Counted from the first letter of the stretch, positions 1 through 9,866 are shown. The stretch is 44,126 nt of DNA from an uncultured Fibrobacteraceae bacterium (GCA_964484595.1 CAZAHC010000001.1:1-44126), one strand, 5' to 3'. Made by a program: numbers and translations. The notes: generated from the letters alone by a model not told the origin.

Positions 1-121
1 TGATCCTCTTGACGGTGGAACGTTCCTTGCGGTTTCCCCCTCGCCGGGACCCGGCCGGGCCCTGCGCAACGCCGGGCGACTCGCCCAGAGGCCGAGGAAG
101 ACAACCGCTGGAGTGACAACC

Positions 122-649
122 ATGGGTAAGGCAGCCCGTCTCACATTTTCCGAAATGACTGCCCTGATGCGGCGAATGCCGAGCTACCACACCTACCGCA
201 CACTTCAGGAGGCCGAGGCCGCGGAGAAGGAGTTCCGGGAGGCCCTCGGCACCTTGCTCAAGGAATGTGGTAATCATCTGCTGAACGTTGCCGAGACCCA
301 GCAACCGGTTCTCTCGGAAGAACAGGAACTGATGATCGATGGTCTGATCGATCACATCGCTTCCATCTTCCGCCGCCTAAACCGGGAAGGCATCGTCAGC
401 CTGGTCGGAGACTGCGAGACAACCATCACCGAGCTGGAGGAGATCGATACCAGGTTGATCCTGCTGGTGGAGGATACCTACAACCTGGTCCGCACCCTGA
501 CCTGCGACGTGCGCTCGGCGGGCTGGTTCAAGAAGGAAGCCGGTCTGCTGTCGCGGGACCTGGCGGCCTTCAGCGAGGCGGCGGAGGAGCGGAACTACCT
601 GCTCGGTCTGGGCTGGGAATCCGAGTTCACCTGGGGAAGAGAGGGGTGA
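122..649 (+). CDS. hypothetical protein, mostly alpha-helical, no domain recognised
   Basis: ORF 113..649. ATG at 122 has GGAG about 8 nt upstream. Strong G/C third-position bias. Its TGA stop overlaps the start region of the next ORF, suggesting a coupled pair. Confidence 0.5.
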   Translation: MGKAARLTFSEMTALMRRMPSYHTYRTLQEAEAAEKEFREALGTLLKECGNHLLNVAETQQPVLSEEQELMIDGLIDHIASIFRRLNREGIVSLVGDCETTITELEEIDTRLILLVEDTYNLVRTLTCDVRSAGWFKKEAGLLSRDLAAFSEAAEERNYLLGLGWESEFTWGREG

Positions 650-651
650 TC

Positions 652-1392
652 ATGGCTCAGCAGTCTTTCCTCACCAACACCGGTATCCACACCTGTAGAA
701 CCTGGGAAACCCAGCTGGCTGACGACACCCCCCTGACCTGGTCGGTCGATCCGAACGACGGCCTGATCCAGGGGCCGCTGGACCTGCACTTCCTGCGCGG
801 CCGGAAGATCCTGCTCCAACTCGCCCCCAGTCAGATCGCCCTGCTGATCCGCGAGGGGAACCTGCTGGCCGTCTTCCTGGAGGGCACGTACCCGCTCGCG
901 GTGGGCCGCACCGGCGGCCAGATCCCGGTCGACAGCGAGATGATATTCCTCGCGGCCGATCGTCCCTTCCAGGTGACCTGGAACCGCAACGACCACCTGT
1001 GGCGAACGACCGGGGAGAAGCAGAACCGGCGCGTGGGGATCCGCGGCCGCTGCGAATGCAAGGTGACCGGACCGGCGCGCTTCTTCGGGGCCTTTTTGCG
1101 CCACAGCGAGGACGTTGGAGAATCCTTCACCCTGCGGGTTCTCGACGCCCTGATCCGTTCCCGGCTCGAGAAGATCCTCAACCAGGGCGAGCCGCCCGCG
1201 GCGGCAGACCTCGCCGACCCCCGAGCCTGGGAAGACCGCCTGGAGCGGATGTCGCCCGCCGACCTCAATCCAGTCCTGGAGGACCTGGGGATCACCTGCA
1301 CCAGCCTGGAGATCCAGACTGTTTCCCGGGACCAGGCGAGTGGGATTCTGACCACTGGACAACCCGTGGCCGACGGCGATAATAGGCCCTGA
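652..1392 (+). CDS. SPFH/band-7-like protein (COG4260, YdjI-like core)
   Basis: ORF 646..1392. Segments SQIALLIREGNLLAVFLEGTYPL, FLAADRPFQVTW and IRGRCECKVTGPARFF follow the order and spacing I remember for YdjI-type SPFH proteins. Start is ATG 652 or GTG 646. Confidence 0.5.
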   Translation: MAQQSFLTNTGIHTCRTWETQLADDTPLTWSVDPNDGLIQGPLDLHFLRGRKILLQLAPSQIALLIREGNLLAVFLEGTYPLAVGRTGGQIPVDSEMIFLAADRPFQVTWNRNDHLWRTTGEKQNRRVGIRGRCECKVTGPARFFGAFLRHSEDVGESFTLRVLDALIRSRLEKILNQGEPPAAADLADPRAWEDRLERMSPADLNPVLEDLGITCTSLEIQTVSRDQASGILTTGQPVADGDNRP

Positions 1393-1451
1393 CGGGAACT
1401 TGCCCCGGCAGGGGCCCCTTGTTTTTCGGTTCAGGAGAGCTGCGGAATCTC

Positions 1452-2786
1452 ATGCGTTTCGCCGGAAGAACCTCCCGCCAGTATCACCTGCCCGCTCTTG
1501 CCGTTCCCCGCCGCGCTGCCCTGGTTGGCCTGGCCCTGCTGTCCTGGGTCGCCGCGCCCGCCCTCGCTGGTGCCGGCGAGGAAACCCTGCCGGTGATCTG
1601 CGCCATCGAGATCGAGATCGAGGGAGAGGCCAGGACCGACACCGCCGTGGTCCTGCGCGAGCTGGGCCTTGCGGTGGGAGATCCCTTCGACGAGAAGGAC
1701 CTGGACCGCTTCTGGGACAACCTGGAGGACTGCGGCCTCTTCAAGTTCGTGGAGATGGACTTCGAGGAGGAAGAGCCCGGGTTCGTGACCTTGTTCGTAA
1801 CCGTGGAGGAGGAGAAGTTCCCCCGGGTCTTGCCGCTGATCGATTTCGACCGCCGCCACGATTACCTGGTCGGGATCCGGGTCGCCAACCCCAACCTGCG
1901 CGGAAAGGGCGAGAGCCTCGAGCTGACCTCCTACTTCTACCGGCTGCAGCGGTAACGGCTCTCCTGGGGACGTCCCTGGTTCCTGAACGAGTCCGACCTC
2001 TCCTGCGGGGCCACGGCAGGCTGGGAGCACGGCGGGTTCTTCTACCGCGACACCGACTACATCCGGTGGGACGTGCGGGCGTGGCTGCGCTGGCGCCTGG
2101 TCGGCGCCCTCTACCTCGAGGGAGAGCTGGCCCGCGCCGGGTTCAAGCAGCACACGGCCATAATAGACCCTGCGCCGCCGGGCGGCGGCCAGCCCGGCGA
2201 TCCCGTGACCATCCCGGCCGGATGGCGCCGCCGCCTGATCCCGTCGGTCACCCTCGGCTGGGACGACCGCGACCGCCCCCACTACCCGAGCCGGGGCGGA
2301 TTCCACCGGCTGCAGGCCCGGCGCGTCGCCAGCCGGGACTTTGCTTCCTACCACCAGCTGACCGCCGACCTGCGCCAGTTCCTGCCGACTCCCTGGCAGC
2401 ATATCCTGGCCCTGCACGCCTTCGGCCGGCGGGTGAGCAGATCCACGCCCCTGGAGGACCGGCTGTTCTGGGGCGGGGAGGAAACCATCCGCGGGTACGG
2501 GTTCGCCTCGCTCGAGGGGGAGGAGGGCTACCTGCTCAGCATCGAGTACCGCTGGCCGCTGTTCCTGGTCCCGCTCTCGGTCGAGGGTCAGATCCTGGGC
2601 GTCGGTCTCCATCTCTTTGCCGATGCGGGCGACACCTGGTATCACGGAGACGATCCCGGCCGGCTACGCTCGAGCTGGGGCGGGGGCGTGCACCTCAACC
2701 TCCTTTCCAGTCAATTCCGCTTCGAGTACGCCCGCACCGCCGACGGCATCGAGGCCTTCCAGTTCGGGGACACCTTCAACTTCTAG
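1452..2786 (+). pseudogene. Omp85/BamA-family outer-membrane protein (signal peptide, one POTRA-like domain, D15 barrel) interrupted by an in-frame TAA
   Basis: ORFs 1419..1955 and 2073..2786 share one frame. The only stop between them is TAA at 1953..1955. Translation across it reads YFYRLQR*RLSWGRPWFLNESDLSCG, an Omp85-like junction. The N-terminus is MRFAGRTSRQ...APALAGAG. The C-terminus ends FQFGDTFNF, a typical barrel terminal aromatic. Confidence 0.7.
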
Positions 2787-2886
2787 AATGCAGACTGGCT
2801 TTCTGCCTTCATCCGGTTTAATTAAAAGGATTACCGGCCGGCCTTGCGGCCGGCGGCGATGCCTCGACGCGGGAGGAAAACAACCG

Positions 2887-3945
2887 ATGACGACACCCGA
2901 GAAAGTGGCCCTGACCAGGTTCGCCAAGAGCGCCGGCTGAGCAGCCAAGCTCGGTCCGGGGGACCTGGCCCACATCCTGCAGCCCCTGGCGGCCACCTCC
3001 GATCCGGCTCTCCTGGTCGGATTCGAGACGGCCGACGATGCCGGCGTCTACCAGCTGGACGCGGAGCGGGCCCTGGTGTCGACCGCCGATTTCATCACCC
3101 CGGTCATCGACGATCCCCACGGTTTTGGCGCGGTCGCCGCCGCCAATTCCCTGAGCGACGTCTACGCGATGGGGGGACGCCCCCTGCTGGCCATCAACCT
3201 GATGGGCTTTCCGCCGCAGCAGGTCCCGGCCGAGGTGCTGGGAGCAATGCTCGCGGGCGCGGCCGAGAAATGCGCGGAGGCAGGTTGCGCCGTGGCCGGG
3301 GGCCACACCGTGCGGGACAGCGAGATCAAGTTCGGCCTGGCGGTCACCGGCGTCATCCATCCCGACCGGATCCTGAGGAACGGAACCGCCGGGCCGGGCG
3401 AACTGCTGGTTTTGACCAAGCCCCTGGGCACCGGAGCCCTGGTCGCCGCCGCCAGGGCGGGCAAGCTGGCTCCGGCCGGCGAGGGCTACCGGGCGCTGCT
3501 GGAAACCATGAGGACCCTGAACAAGGCGGGTCTGCTGCTGGCCGATCTCGGCGCCAGCTCGGTCACCGACGTCACCGGCTTCGGTCTGACCGGTCACGCC
3601 CTGGAGATGGCTCGCCCTGCCGGGGTCACCTTCCGGATCGAGACCGACCGCTTGCCGCGGTTGCCCGACGCGGTAGCGCTCTGCGGCGCTGGCTTCACCT
3701 GCGGGGGCACCAAGGCGAACGCCGCCTTCACGGAGCAGGATATCCGGTTCGACCCGGGAATCGGCCCCGACCTGATCGGTCTCCTGCACGATCCCCAGAC
3801 CTCAGGCGGCCTGCTGATCTCGGTGCCGGAGAACCGCTGTCCGGAGCTGGTCGCGGCCGTCCTGGCCGACGGGGCGCTCTGCGCCGAGGTCATCGGCGAA
3901 ACCCGGCCCCGGGACGACGGCGGCCCCCTCCTGGATTTTCGCTGA
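2887..3945 (+). CDS. selD: selenide, water dikinase (selenophosphate synthetase), selenocysteine-containing form
   Basis: ATG 2887 follows GGGAGGAAAA. Translation is MTTPEKVALTRFAKSAG-UGA(2938..2940)-AAKLGPGDLAHIL and continues in frame into ORF 3076..3945. The UGA aligns with catalytic Cys17 of E. coli SelD (GAGCGCKI). Downstream motifs include DDAGVY, TADF, SDVYAMGG, AGGHT, TKPLGTG, DVTGFGL and DPQTSGGLL. Confidence 0.9.
2944..2969 (+). promoter_or_regulatory. candidate bacterial SECIS hairpin for the selD UGA
   Basis: Lower stem GCCA (2944..2947) pairs with UGGC (2966..2969). There is a 5-nt bulge. Upper stem GGUCC (2953..2957) pairs with GGACC (2961..2965) around a G-rich apex. The upper stem starts 12 nt after the UGA, close to the spacing known for E. 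coli fdhF. Confidence 0.55.
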
Positions 3946-4077
3946 CCTCTCGCCGCTCAAGCGGCTCCTCTTCAGACCGATAATACCCAGAGATCCACCG
4001 ATCCCCAGGACAGCGGCCAGGTTCCCTGTCTCGGGCAAGCCCACCCTGACCGAGGGTCAGGGGGAAAGAGCGAGAAC

Positions 4078-4962
4078 GTGGCTCCCGTCAAGGCCAAGCA
4101 ATCACTACGGGATGTTCATCCGCGTGACCTGAAGGGGATCGTCAAGGAAATCCCCACCTTGCCGGTCATTTACCAGCAGCTGTTCGCGATGATGGAGGAC
4201 CCCAATGCGTCCATCCCCGAGCTGGCCGAGCTGATCAGCAAGGACCAGGCGCTCACCGCGAAGACCCTGTGCCTGGTGAACTCGGCGCTCTACGGGAACA
4301 AGAAGCAGATCAATACCATCAGCCGCGCCGTGGTCATTCTCGGCTTCCAGGCCGTTCGCCGCGCCGCCCTGGCCACCAGCGTCTTCGACTACCTCAAGGG
4401 AGAAAAGTTCTCCGACAAGCGCACCCTGGAGCAGTTCTGGGCGCACAGCATCGCCGTGGGCAGCATCTGCAAGGTCCTGGCCCCCAACTTCGGGATCCAG
4501 CAGGATGAGGAAGCCTTCGTGGCGGGACTCCTTCACGATATCGGCAAGCTGGTCCTCAAGAAATACTTCCCCGCCGACTTCGACGAGCTCGGGCAATACC
4601 TGGCCGAGAACCCGACAACCTGGTCCCAAGCCGAGAAACAGCTCTTCGGCTTCGATCACGCCACCATCGGCAAGACCGTATTCCGCGCCTGGCGCTTCCC
4701 GCCCAGCGTGGTCGAGGCGGTTCATCTCCACCACGCCCCCAGCTCCGGGGCCTCGTTTCCCCAGCTGGTCACCCTGGTCCACCTCGCCGACTACATCGCC
4801 TATCAGCTCGATCTGGGATCTCCCCTGGGCGAGGCGCCCGACGGATGGGACGAGGAAGCCCTGGCCAGCTTCGGCATCGACGAGGACACTGCTCTGGCCG
4901 AGCAGGAGGTCCTGGAGAATGCTGTCGCCTCCGCAATGGATATCCTCCAGCTGACCCAGTAA
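4078..4962 (+). CDS. HDOD domain signalling protein
   Basis: ORF 4078..4962 with a GTG start. Diagnostic stretches are LPTLPVIYQQLFAMMEDPNASIPELAELISKDQALTAKTLCLVNSALYG, ISRAVVILGF and LLHDIGKLVL. Confidence 0.85.
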   Translation: MAPVKAKQSLRDVHPRDLKGIVKEIPTLPVIYQQLFAMMEDPNASIPELAELISKDQALTAKTLCLVNSALYGNKKQINTISRAVVILGFQAVRRAALATSVFDYLKGEKFSDKRTLEQFWAHSIAVGSICKVLAPNFGIQQDEEAFVAGLLHDIGKLVLKKYFPADFDELGQYLAENPTTWSQAEKQLFGFDHATIGKTVFRAWRFPPSVVEAVHLHHAPSSGASFPQLVTLVHLADYIAYQLDLGSPLGEAPDGWDEEALASFGIDEDTALAEQEVLENAVASAMDILQLTQ

Positions 4963-5079
4963 GTTAAAATCCACCCTTTGACCCGCTTTTGGCTTAGGCT
5001 AGGCCCTGGACGTTGCGCCCGGCAAGCCGCATACTGACCGATCTTGGTTGTGAACCTACTTGGCCCGAGGCAGGAGTCC

Positions 5080-6369
5080 ATGGGAGTCAAGATCCTCTTC
5101 GTCGGGGACATGCACCTGGGGCGGTTGCCGGCCCGGCTGCCGGATTCCCTCGCCGGAGATTCCGTCGACCGGCGCCGGCTGGGACCGGCCGGCGCCTGGG
5201 CCCGCACGGTGGATCTCGCCCTGCAGCAAGAGGTGGCCGCGGTGGTGCTGGCGGGCGACGTGGTCGAATCGGCCAACGCCCGCTTCGAGGCCCTGGGACT
5301 GCTGGAACGGGGCGTCCGCCAGCTCACAGCGGCCGGAATCGAGGTGCTGGCGATCGCCGGCAACCATGATGTCGACATCCTGCCCGGACTGGCGGATATG
5401 ATCGAGGGCTTCCACTTACTGGGCCCCGCCGGAACCTGGTCCGGACACACCATTTCCAGCGCCGGCCCTCCCGCGGTGCACATCGTCGGCTGGTCCTTCC
5501 CCCGACAGGTCGTTCGCCACAGCCCGCTGGCGACCGGCTTCCCGCCCTTGCCGACCGACTGCCCCACCCTGGGCATCCTGCACTGTGATCTGCTGGACAG
5601 CGCCAGCCCTTACGCTCCGGTAAGGCGATCCGAGCTGGAGGACACCGGCCTGGACGGCTGGTTTCTCGGCCACATCCACAAGCCGAGCCTGGACGCCACG
5701 GACGGGGAACCTGGCTATCTGGGCTCGCTGGTGGGTCTCGATCCCACCGAGACCGGCCGGCACGGTCCCTGGCTGGTGTCCGTCACGCCCGGCCAGATCA
5801 CCCGGCAGCAGGTGCCGGTCGCCCCGCTGCGCTGGGAGGAACTCGAGGTGCCGGTTGCCGACCTGGAGGAACCGGACCAGGATCTGTTTCCCCGCCTGCG
5901 GGAATCCTTGCTGGAGCTTCAGCGGTCGCTTGGGGACGAGCTCGCCGAGACCCGGGTCGTCGGGTGCCGGATCCGACTGACCGGTCGCACTCCGGAACAC
6001 CGGCAGCTGGCCGGCGCGGTGGCCCGGCTCGAATCGGAACCGATCGAGGTGACCCGACAGGACACAGCCCTCTTCATCGAGAAGATCGTCGACGCCTCGT
6101 TGCCCGCCCTCGACCTGCCCCTTCTGGCGCGGGGAAACGACCCGGCCGCCCTGCTCGCCGCCACCCTGCTCGCCCTGGAGGACACCGCCGCTCCTGACAC
6201 CGAACAGGTCGCCGCCGCCAGGAACGAGCTGGCCAGGATCGCCGATTTTCGGAACTTCGCGCCGCTCGGCCTGCCTCCCCTGACCGACCAGGAGGTGCGG
6301 CAGCTGCTCCAGCGAGCCGGTTATCGCGCCCTGGAGGAGCTGCTGGCCACCAGGGGGGAAACGGCATGA
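5080..6369 (+). CDS. metallophosphoesterase, SbcD/Mre11-like (YhaO-like) DNA exonuclease subunit
   Basis: ATG 5080 follows AGGAG. The N-terminus MGVKILFVGDMHLG carries the phosphoesterase motif I. VLAGDV and AGNHD motifs follow. The stop overlaps the next start (ATGA at 6366). Confidence 0.8.
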   Translation: MGVKILFVGDMHLGRLPARLPDSLAGDSVDRRRLGPAGAWARTVDLALQQEVAAVVLAGDVVESANARFEALGLLERGVRQLTAAGIEVLAIAGNHDVDILPGLADMIEGFHLLGPAGTWSGHTISSAGPPAVHIVGWSFPRQVVRHSPLATGFPPLPTDCPTLGILHCDLLDSASPYAPVRRSELEDTGLDGWFLGHIHKPSLDATDGEPGYLGSLVGLDPTETGRHGPWLVSVTPGQITRQQVPVAPLRWEELEVPVADLEEPDQDLFPRLRESLLELQRSLGDELAETRVVGCRIRLTGRTPEHRQLAGAVARLESEPIEVTRQDTALFIEKIVDASLPALDLPLLARGNDPAALLAATLLALEDTAAPDTEQVAAARNELARIADFRNFAPLGLPPLTDQEVRQLLQRAGYRALEELLATRGETA

Positions 6370-9300
6370 GGCTCCGCCGGCTCCGCATCCGCAGCCTGCC
6401 CGGCATCACGTCCGAGTTCACCCTGGAGGCGAAACCCGGTCTGAACCTCGTCGTGGGTCCCAACGGCTCCGGGAAATCGTCCATCCTGCGCGCGGTTTTT
6501 GCGGTGCTCTGGCCCCGGCACGCCAGTCCCTCGCCCCTGGATGTCGAGAGCTGGTGGCAGCTAGGCAAGCGACGGTTCCACGGTGCTCGCTACGGATCCG
6601 GGCCCACCAGGTGGCAGGCCGGCGGAGAGGACATCCCGCCGCCCAACCTGCCCCGCGACCAGGTGGCCGGCTGTTACCGCCTGGGCCTGCTGGATCTTTT
6701 CAAGGCCGATGCCGGTCGCACCGACGCCGCCCTGGCCGCCCGGATCAGGAACCTGATGGCGGGAGGTTACGACCTCGCCGCTGCAGCGGCTGCCTTCGAG
6801 GTTCCCCGGCAGCCGGGCGCCAGAAAGGTCGCCGAGCTGCGCAAGCGCCGGGAAAACCTGCGCCGGCTGGGGGCCGAGCGGCGCGATCTGGCGGCGCAGG
6901 AGGATTCCCTGGCCGGGCTCAGGGAGGATCTCGCCGTGGTGGAGAGCGCCGCCGCCCGTCTTCCCCTCTGGCAGCAGGCGCGCCAGGTGGCCGAGTCGCG
7001 CCGCCTCCTCGTCCGGGCGGAGGCCGCCGTCGGGGACTGTCCGGCGGGGCTGGCCAACCTTACGGGTGAGGAAGCCGATCTGCTGGGCCAGCTGCAGAAG
7101 GACCTGGCCAGCGACGAGGAAGAGTGCAACCGGTGTCGCCAGGCGATTGCCACGGCTCGCGCGGTCGAACAGCAGTCCGAGCTGCCGGCCGGGCCGGTGC
7201 CGGAGGAAAAGCTGGCGATCCAGAACGAGAATACCCGCCGGCTCGCCGACCTCGCTCGTGACCTGCGTCAGGCCCGACGGGAGGAAACCGAGGCCGCGGC
7301 CGCCCTTGCCAAGGCCACAGCCCAGCTGGCCGACCCCGGCGAACCGGACCGGCACCCGCGTCCCGAAGCAGAGACCCTGGCCGAGATCGAGAGCTTACTG
7401 GAAAGGGCCAGCACCACCGGCTGGCACCAGGAGGGTCTGGCCAGAGTACTGGAACAGCTGCCGGCTCAACCCCTGCCCACTACCGTGGAGACTCTGCGGG
7501 CCGCCGTCGGCGCCCTGGAGAACTGGCTCGCGGTGAAGGGGCAGGGCTTCCCTCGCCGGCTGATCACTCCCCTGGTCCTGTTGAAAGTATTGGCCATCTG
7601 GGGCCTGAAGCTGGTTTCCGCCGGGCAAGCCCTGGGCTGGCTCGCCCTTGGCGGGGGGCTGGCCGGGATCGTCACGCTGGTCCTGCTCGGCCGCCTGCGA
7701 CCTGCCTGGCGGGGTTGCAGCCGCAGCCTGAACGATTGCCGGCGCGATTTCCGCCGGACCGAACTGGCCGAACCGGTGGCCTGGAAACCGGAGCCGGTGC
7801 TGGCGCGGCTCGCTGAGCTGCGCAGCGAGCTGGCCCGGGCCGAGGTTCACCAGGCCAGCCAGGAGATTCGCCAGGGGTTGACCGCGGAGATGCAACGCCT
7901 GCAGGAAAAATCCGCCCGGCTCGCCGGCCAGCAGAAGGATCTCTGGGACCGGGTCGCCGCCGACCCTGCTTCCGGGCCGGCCCGGTTGCTGGACTTCCTG
8001 CGCCGGCTGGAAAATTCCCACCAGCGACGGCAGGCCCACGAGGCGGCCGCCGCCGCCACCCGGCACCTCGAGCAGGAGCTGGCTGCCGGCCTAGAAGCCG
8101 TGAACACCTTCCTGGGGAAACACGGCAAGGGACCGGCAACGGACCCGGGCGAGGCCCAGGCGAGTCTAGACGACCTCGCCCGGACAAGCGACAAGCTGCG
8201 GGCCGCCCGCACGAACCTGGAGCGGGAAGGACCGCGCCTGAAGGACCTCCAGCAAAAGATCGACGAGCGCCGGGAACAGCGCCGGGTCCTGTTCGAGCGA
8301 GCTCACCTGGAGGATGGCGACCTGACCGGGCTCGAGAGCCTGCTCAGGCGGCTGGACGAGTACCGTCGAAACGTGGAGAACCGCAATCACCTGCAGCGGA
8401 AGCTGGCCGAAGACCTCGCCGCACTCCGGGCCCAGCCGGGATACGAGAGCCAGCCCGGCCTGGCGGACCTGGCCGCAGAGCAGGTCGAGCGCCTGGCCCG
8501 CGAGGACAAGACGCAGGCCGGCCGGGAAATGGAGCTGCGCGACCGGATCAGCCAGATCAAGGAACGGATCGACCGGGCGCGCCACAGCGCCGAGCTGGAA
8601 AACGCTCTCGCCGCGGTGGAAGAGGCGGCGGCAGACTTGAGCCGGGTCCGCGAGGACGCCCTCTTCAACGCGACCGCCCGCTTCCTGCTGGACCGGGTCC
8701 GCGAGGGTCACGAGGCGCGCAGCCAGCCGGCGGTCCTGGCCCGGGCCAGCGACCTGCTCGCCCACTTCACTAGGGGATCGCTGCGCCTGCAGGTGACCGA
8801 CAGCGAGGAGGGGCCGGTCTTTCGGGCCCTGGACACCGCGGGGGAGGTTGGCCTTTCCCTGACCCAGCTCTCGGACGGGACTCGCGCCCAGCTGCTGCTG
8901 GCGGCGAGGCTGGCGTTCATCCTCGAGTCAGAGGAGGGCGGCCGGGACGGCGGGGGCGCAGGCTCTCGTCCCCCCATTTTCCTGGACGAGTCCCTTGCGG
9001 CCAGCGATCCGGCTCGCTTCCGGGCGATCGCCGCCAGCCTGCTGGATCTCGGCGCCCGCCAGCACCGCCAGATCTTCTACCTGACCGCCAACCCGGGTGA
9101 TGTCCTCCTCTGGCAGGAGCTGAGCGAGCAGGCCGGCCTGGATCCGGCCGAGCCGGTGGATCTGGCCCGGGTGCGGCGGCTGGCCGGCGCCGCCGGTCCC
9201 GCCGAGCTCCTGCCGGCCGGCCGACCGCAGATCCCTTCTCCCAAGGGGTTGAGCCCCGAGGAGTACGGCGAGCTACTGCTCGTCCCACTCCTGGACGCCC

Positions 9301-9866
9301 GCGCCCCCGCCTCCTCCGCCCATCTCTTCCACCTTCTGACCGACGACCTGGCGCTCCTGCACGGATTGCTTCGCCTGGGCATCGAGAACGTAGGCCAGTG
9401 GCGGAACTTCGCCGGTCTGGACCTGAACCGTCCTCCCCTTTCCCCTGCGAAATCAACCCTGCTCTCGGCCCGCGCCGACGCCTGGCTCGCCTTCGTGGAT
9501 ACCTGGCGCCTCGGGCGCGGGCGACCAGTCGACCGGGAAGCCCTGGCCCTGAGCGGGGCGGTGAGCGACCGATTTCTGCCCGAGGTGCTGCACCTGGCCA
9601 ATCAGCTGGACGGGGATGGTGAGCAACTCCTGCAGGCCCTGCGCGAGGGTAGGGTGAAGGACTTTCGCCAGAAAAAAGCCGACCAGCTGGAGGATTTCCT
9701 CGCCGGGGAGGGCTTCCTGGACCCCCGGCCGCCCCTGGACGAGGACGGGGTCAGGAACGAGGTCCTGCGGGCGGTGAAACCTCACCTGGAGAGCGGGATC
9801 CTGGATCTGGCCGCGGTCGCTCGTCAGGTGCGTTCGTGGTGGGATAGCGTCGCCGGTCGGGGTTGA
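6366..9866 (+). CDS. SMC/Rad50-like AAA ATPase (SbcC/YhaN-like), 1166 aa, with a central hydrophobic hairpin
   Basis: Walker A is GPNGSGKSS. Long Arg/Glu/Leu/Ala-rich regions look like coiled coils. The signature-like motif is LSDGTRAQLLLAARLAF and the Walker B-like motif is PIFLDESLAASD. Two hydrophobic segments (LITPLVLLKVLAIWGLKLV and WLALGGGLAGIVTLVLLG) lie at about 7555..7700. Confidence 0.8.
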   Translation: MRLRRLRIRSLPGITSEFTLEAKPGLNLVVGPNGSGKSSILRAVFAVLWPRHASPSPLDVESWWQLGKRRFHGARYGSGPTRWQAGGEDIPPPNLPRDQVAGCYRLGLLDLFKADAGRTDAALAARIRNLMAGGYDLAAAAAAFEVPRQPGARKVAELRKRRENLRRLGAERRDLAAQEDSLAGLREDLAVVESAAARLPLWQQARQVAESRRLLVRAEAAVGDCPAGLANLTGEEADLLGQLQKDLASDEEECNRCRQAIATARAVEQQSELPAGPVPEEKLAIQNENTRRLADLARDLRQARREETEAAAALAKATAQLADPGEPDRHPRPEAETLAEIESLLERASTTGWHQEGLARVLEQLPAQPLPTTVETLRAAVGALENWLAVKGQGFPRRLITPLVLLKVLAIWGLKLVSAGQALGWLALGGGLAGIVTLVLLGRLRPAWRGCSRSLNDCRRDFRRTELAEPVAWKPEPVLARLAELRSELARAEVHQASQEIRQGLTAEMQRLQEKSARLAGQQKDLWDRVAADPASGPARLLDFLRRLENSHQRRQAHEAAAAATRHLEQELAAGLEAVNTFLGKHGKGPATDPGEAQASLDDLARTSDKLRAARTNLEREGPRLKDLQQKIDERREQRRVLFERAHLEDGDLTGLESLLRRLDEYRRNVENRNHLQRKLAEDLAALRAQPGYESQPGLADLAAEQVERLAREDKTQAGREMELRDRISQIKERIDRARHSAELENALAAVEEAAADLSRVREDALFNATARFLLDRVREGHEARSQPAVLARASDLLAHFTRGSLRLQVTDSEEGPVFRALDTAGEVGLSLTQLSDGTRAQLLLAARLAFILESEEGGRDGGGAGSRPPIFLDESLAASDPARFRAIAASLLDLGARQHRQIFYLTANPGDVLLWQELSEQAGLDPAEPVDLARVRRLAGAAGPAELLPAGRPQIPSPKGLSPEEYGELLLVPLLDARAPASSAHLFHLLTDDLALLHGLLRLGIENVGQWRNFAGLDLNRPPLSPAKSTLLSARADAWLAFVDTWRLGRGRPVDREALALSGAVSDRFLPEVLHLANQLDGDGEQLLQALREGRVKDFRQKKADQLEDFLAGEGFLDPRPPLDEDGVRNEVLRAVKPHLESGILDLAAVARQVRSWWDSVAGRG

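Noticed and set aside
620-649. TWG in the C-terminus of the first protein (SEFTWGREG).
   Set aside because: It lacks the K-x-L-Y-R part and a signal peptide, so the tripeptide match is coincidental and the protein is not a member of the tail family.
1400-2821. Long Arg/Pro/Gly-rich alternative-frame and antisense ORFs throughout the window. Examples are 1400..2821, 2818..3789, 2844..3983, 10057..11493, 14357..15892, 15999..17000, 32092..34398, 37352..38677 and 42973..44049.
   Set aside because: These are typical shadow ORFs of a high-GC genome. They overlap genes with recognisable domains, have low-complexity composition, and lack RBS or domain evidence.
4044-4062. A hairpin, CCCTGACC-GAG-GGTCAGGG, just upstream of the HDOD gene RBS, considered as a translational control element.
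   Set aside because: It is short, has a 3-nt loop and does not sequester the RBS or the start codon, so there is not enough to make a call.
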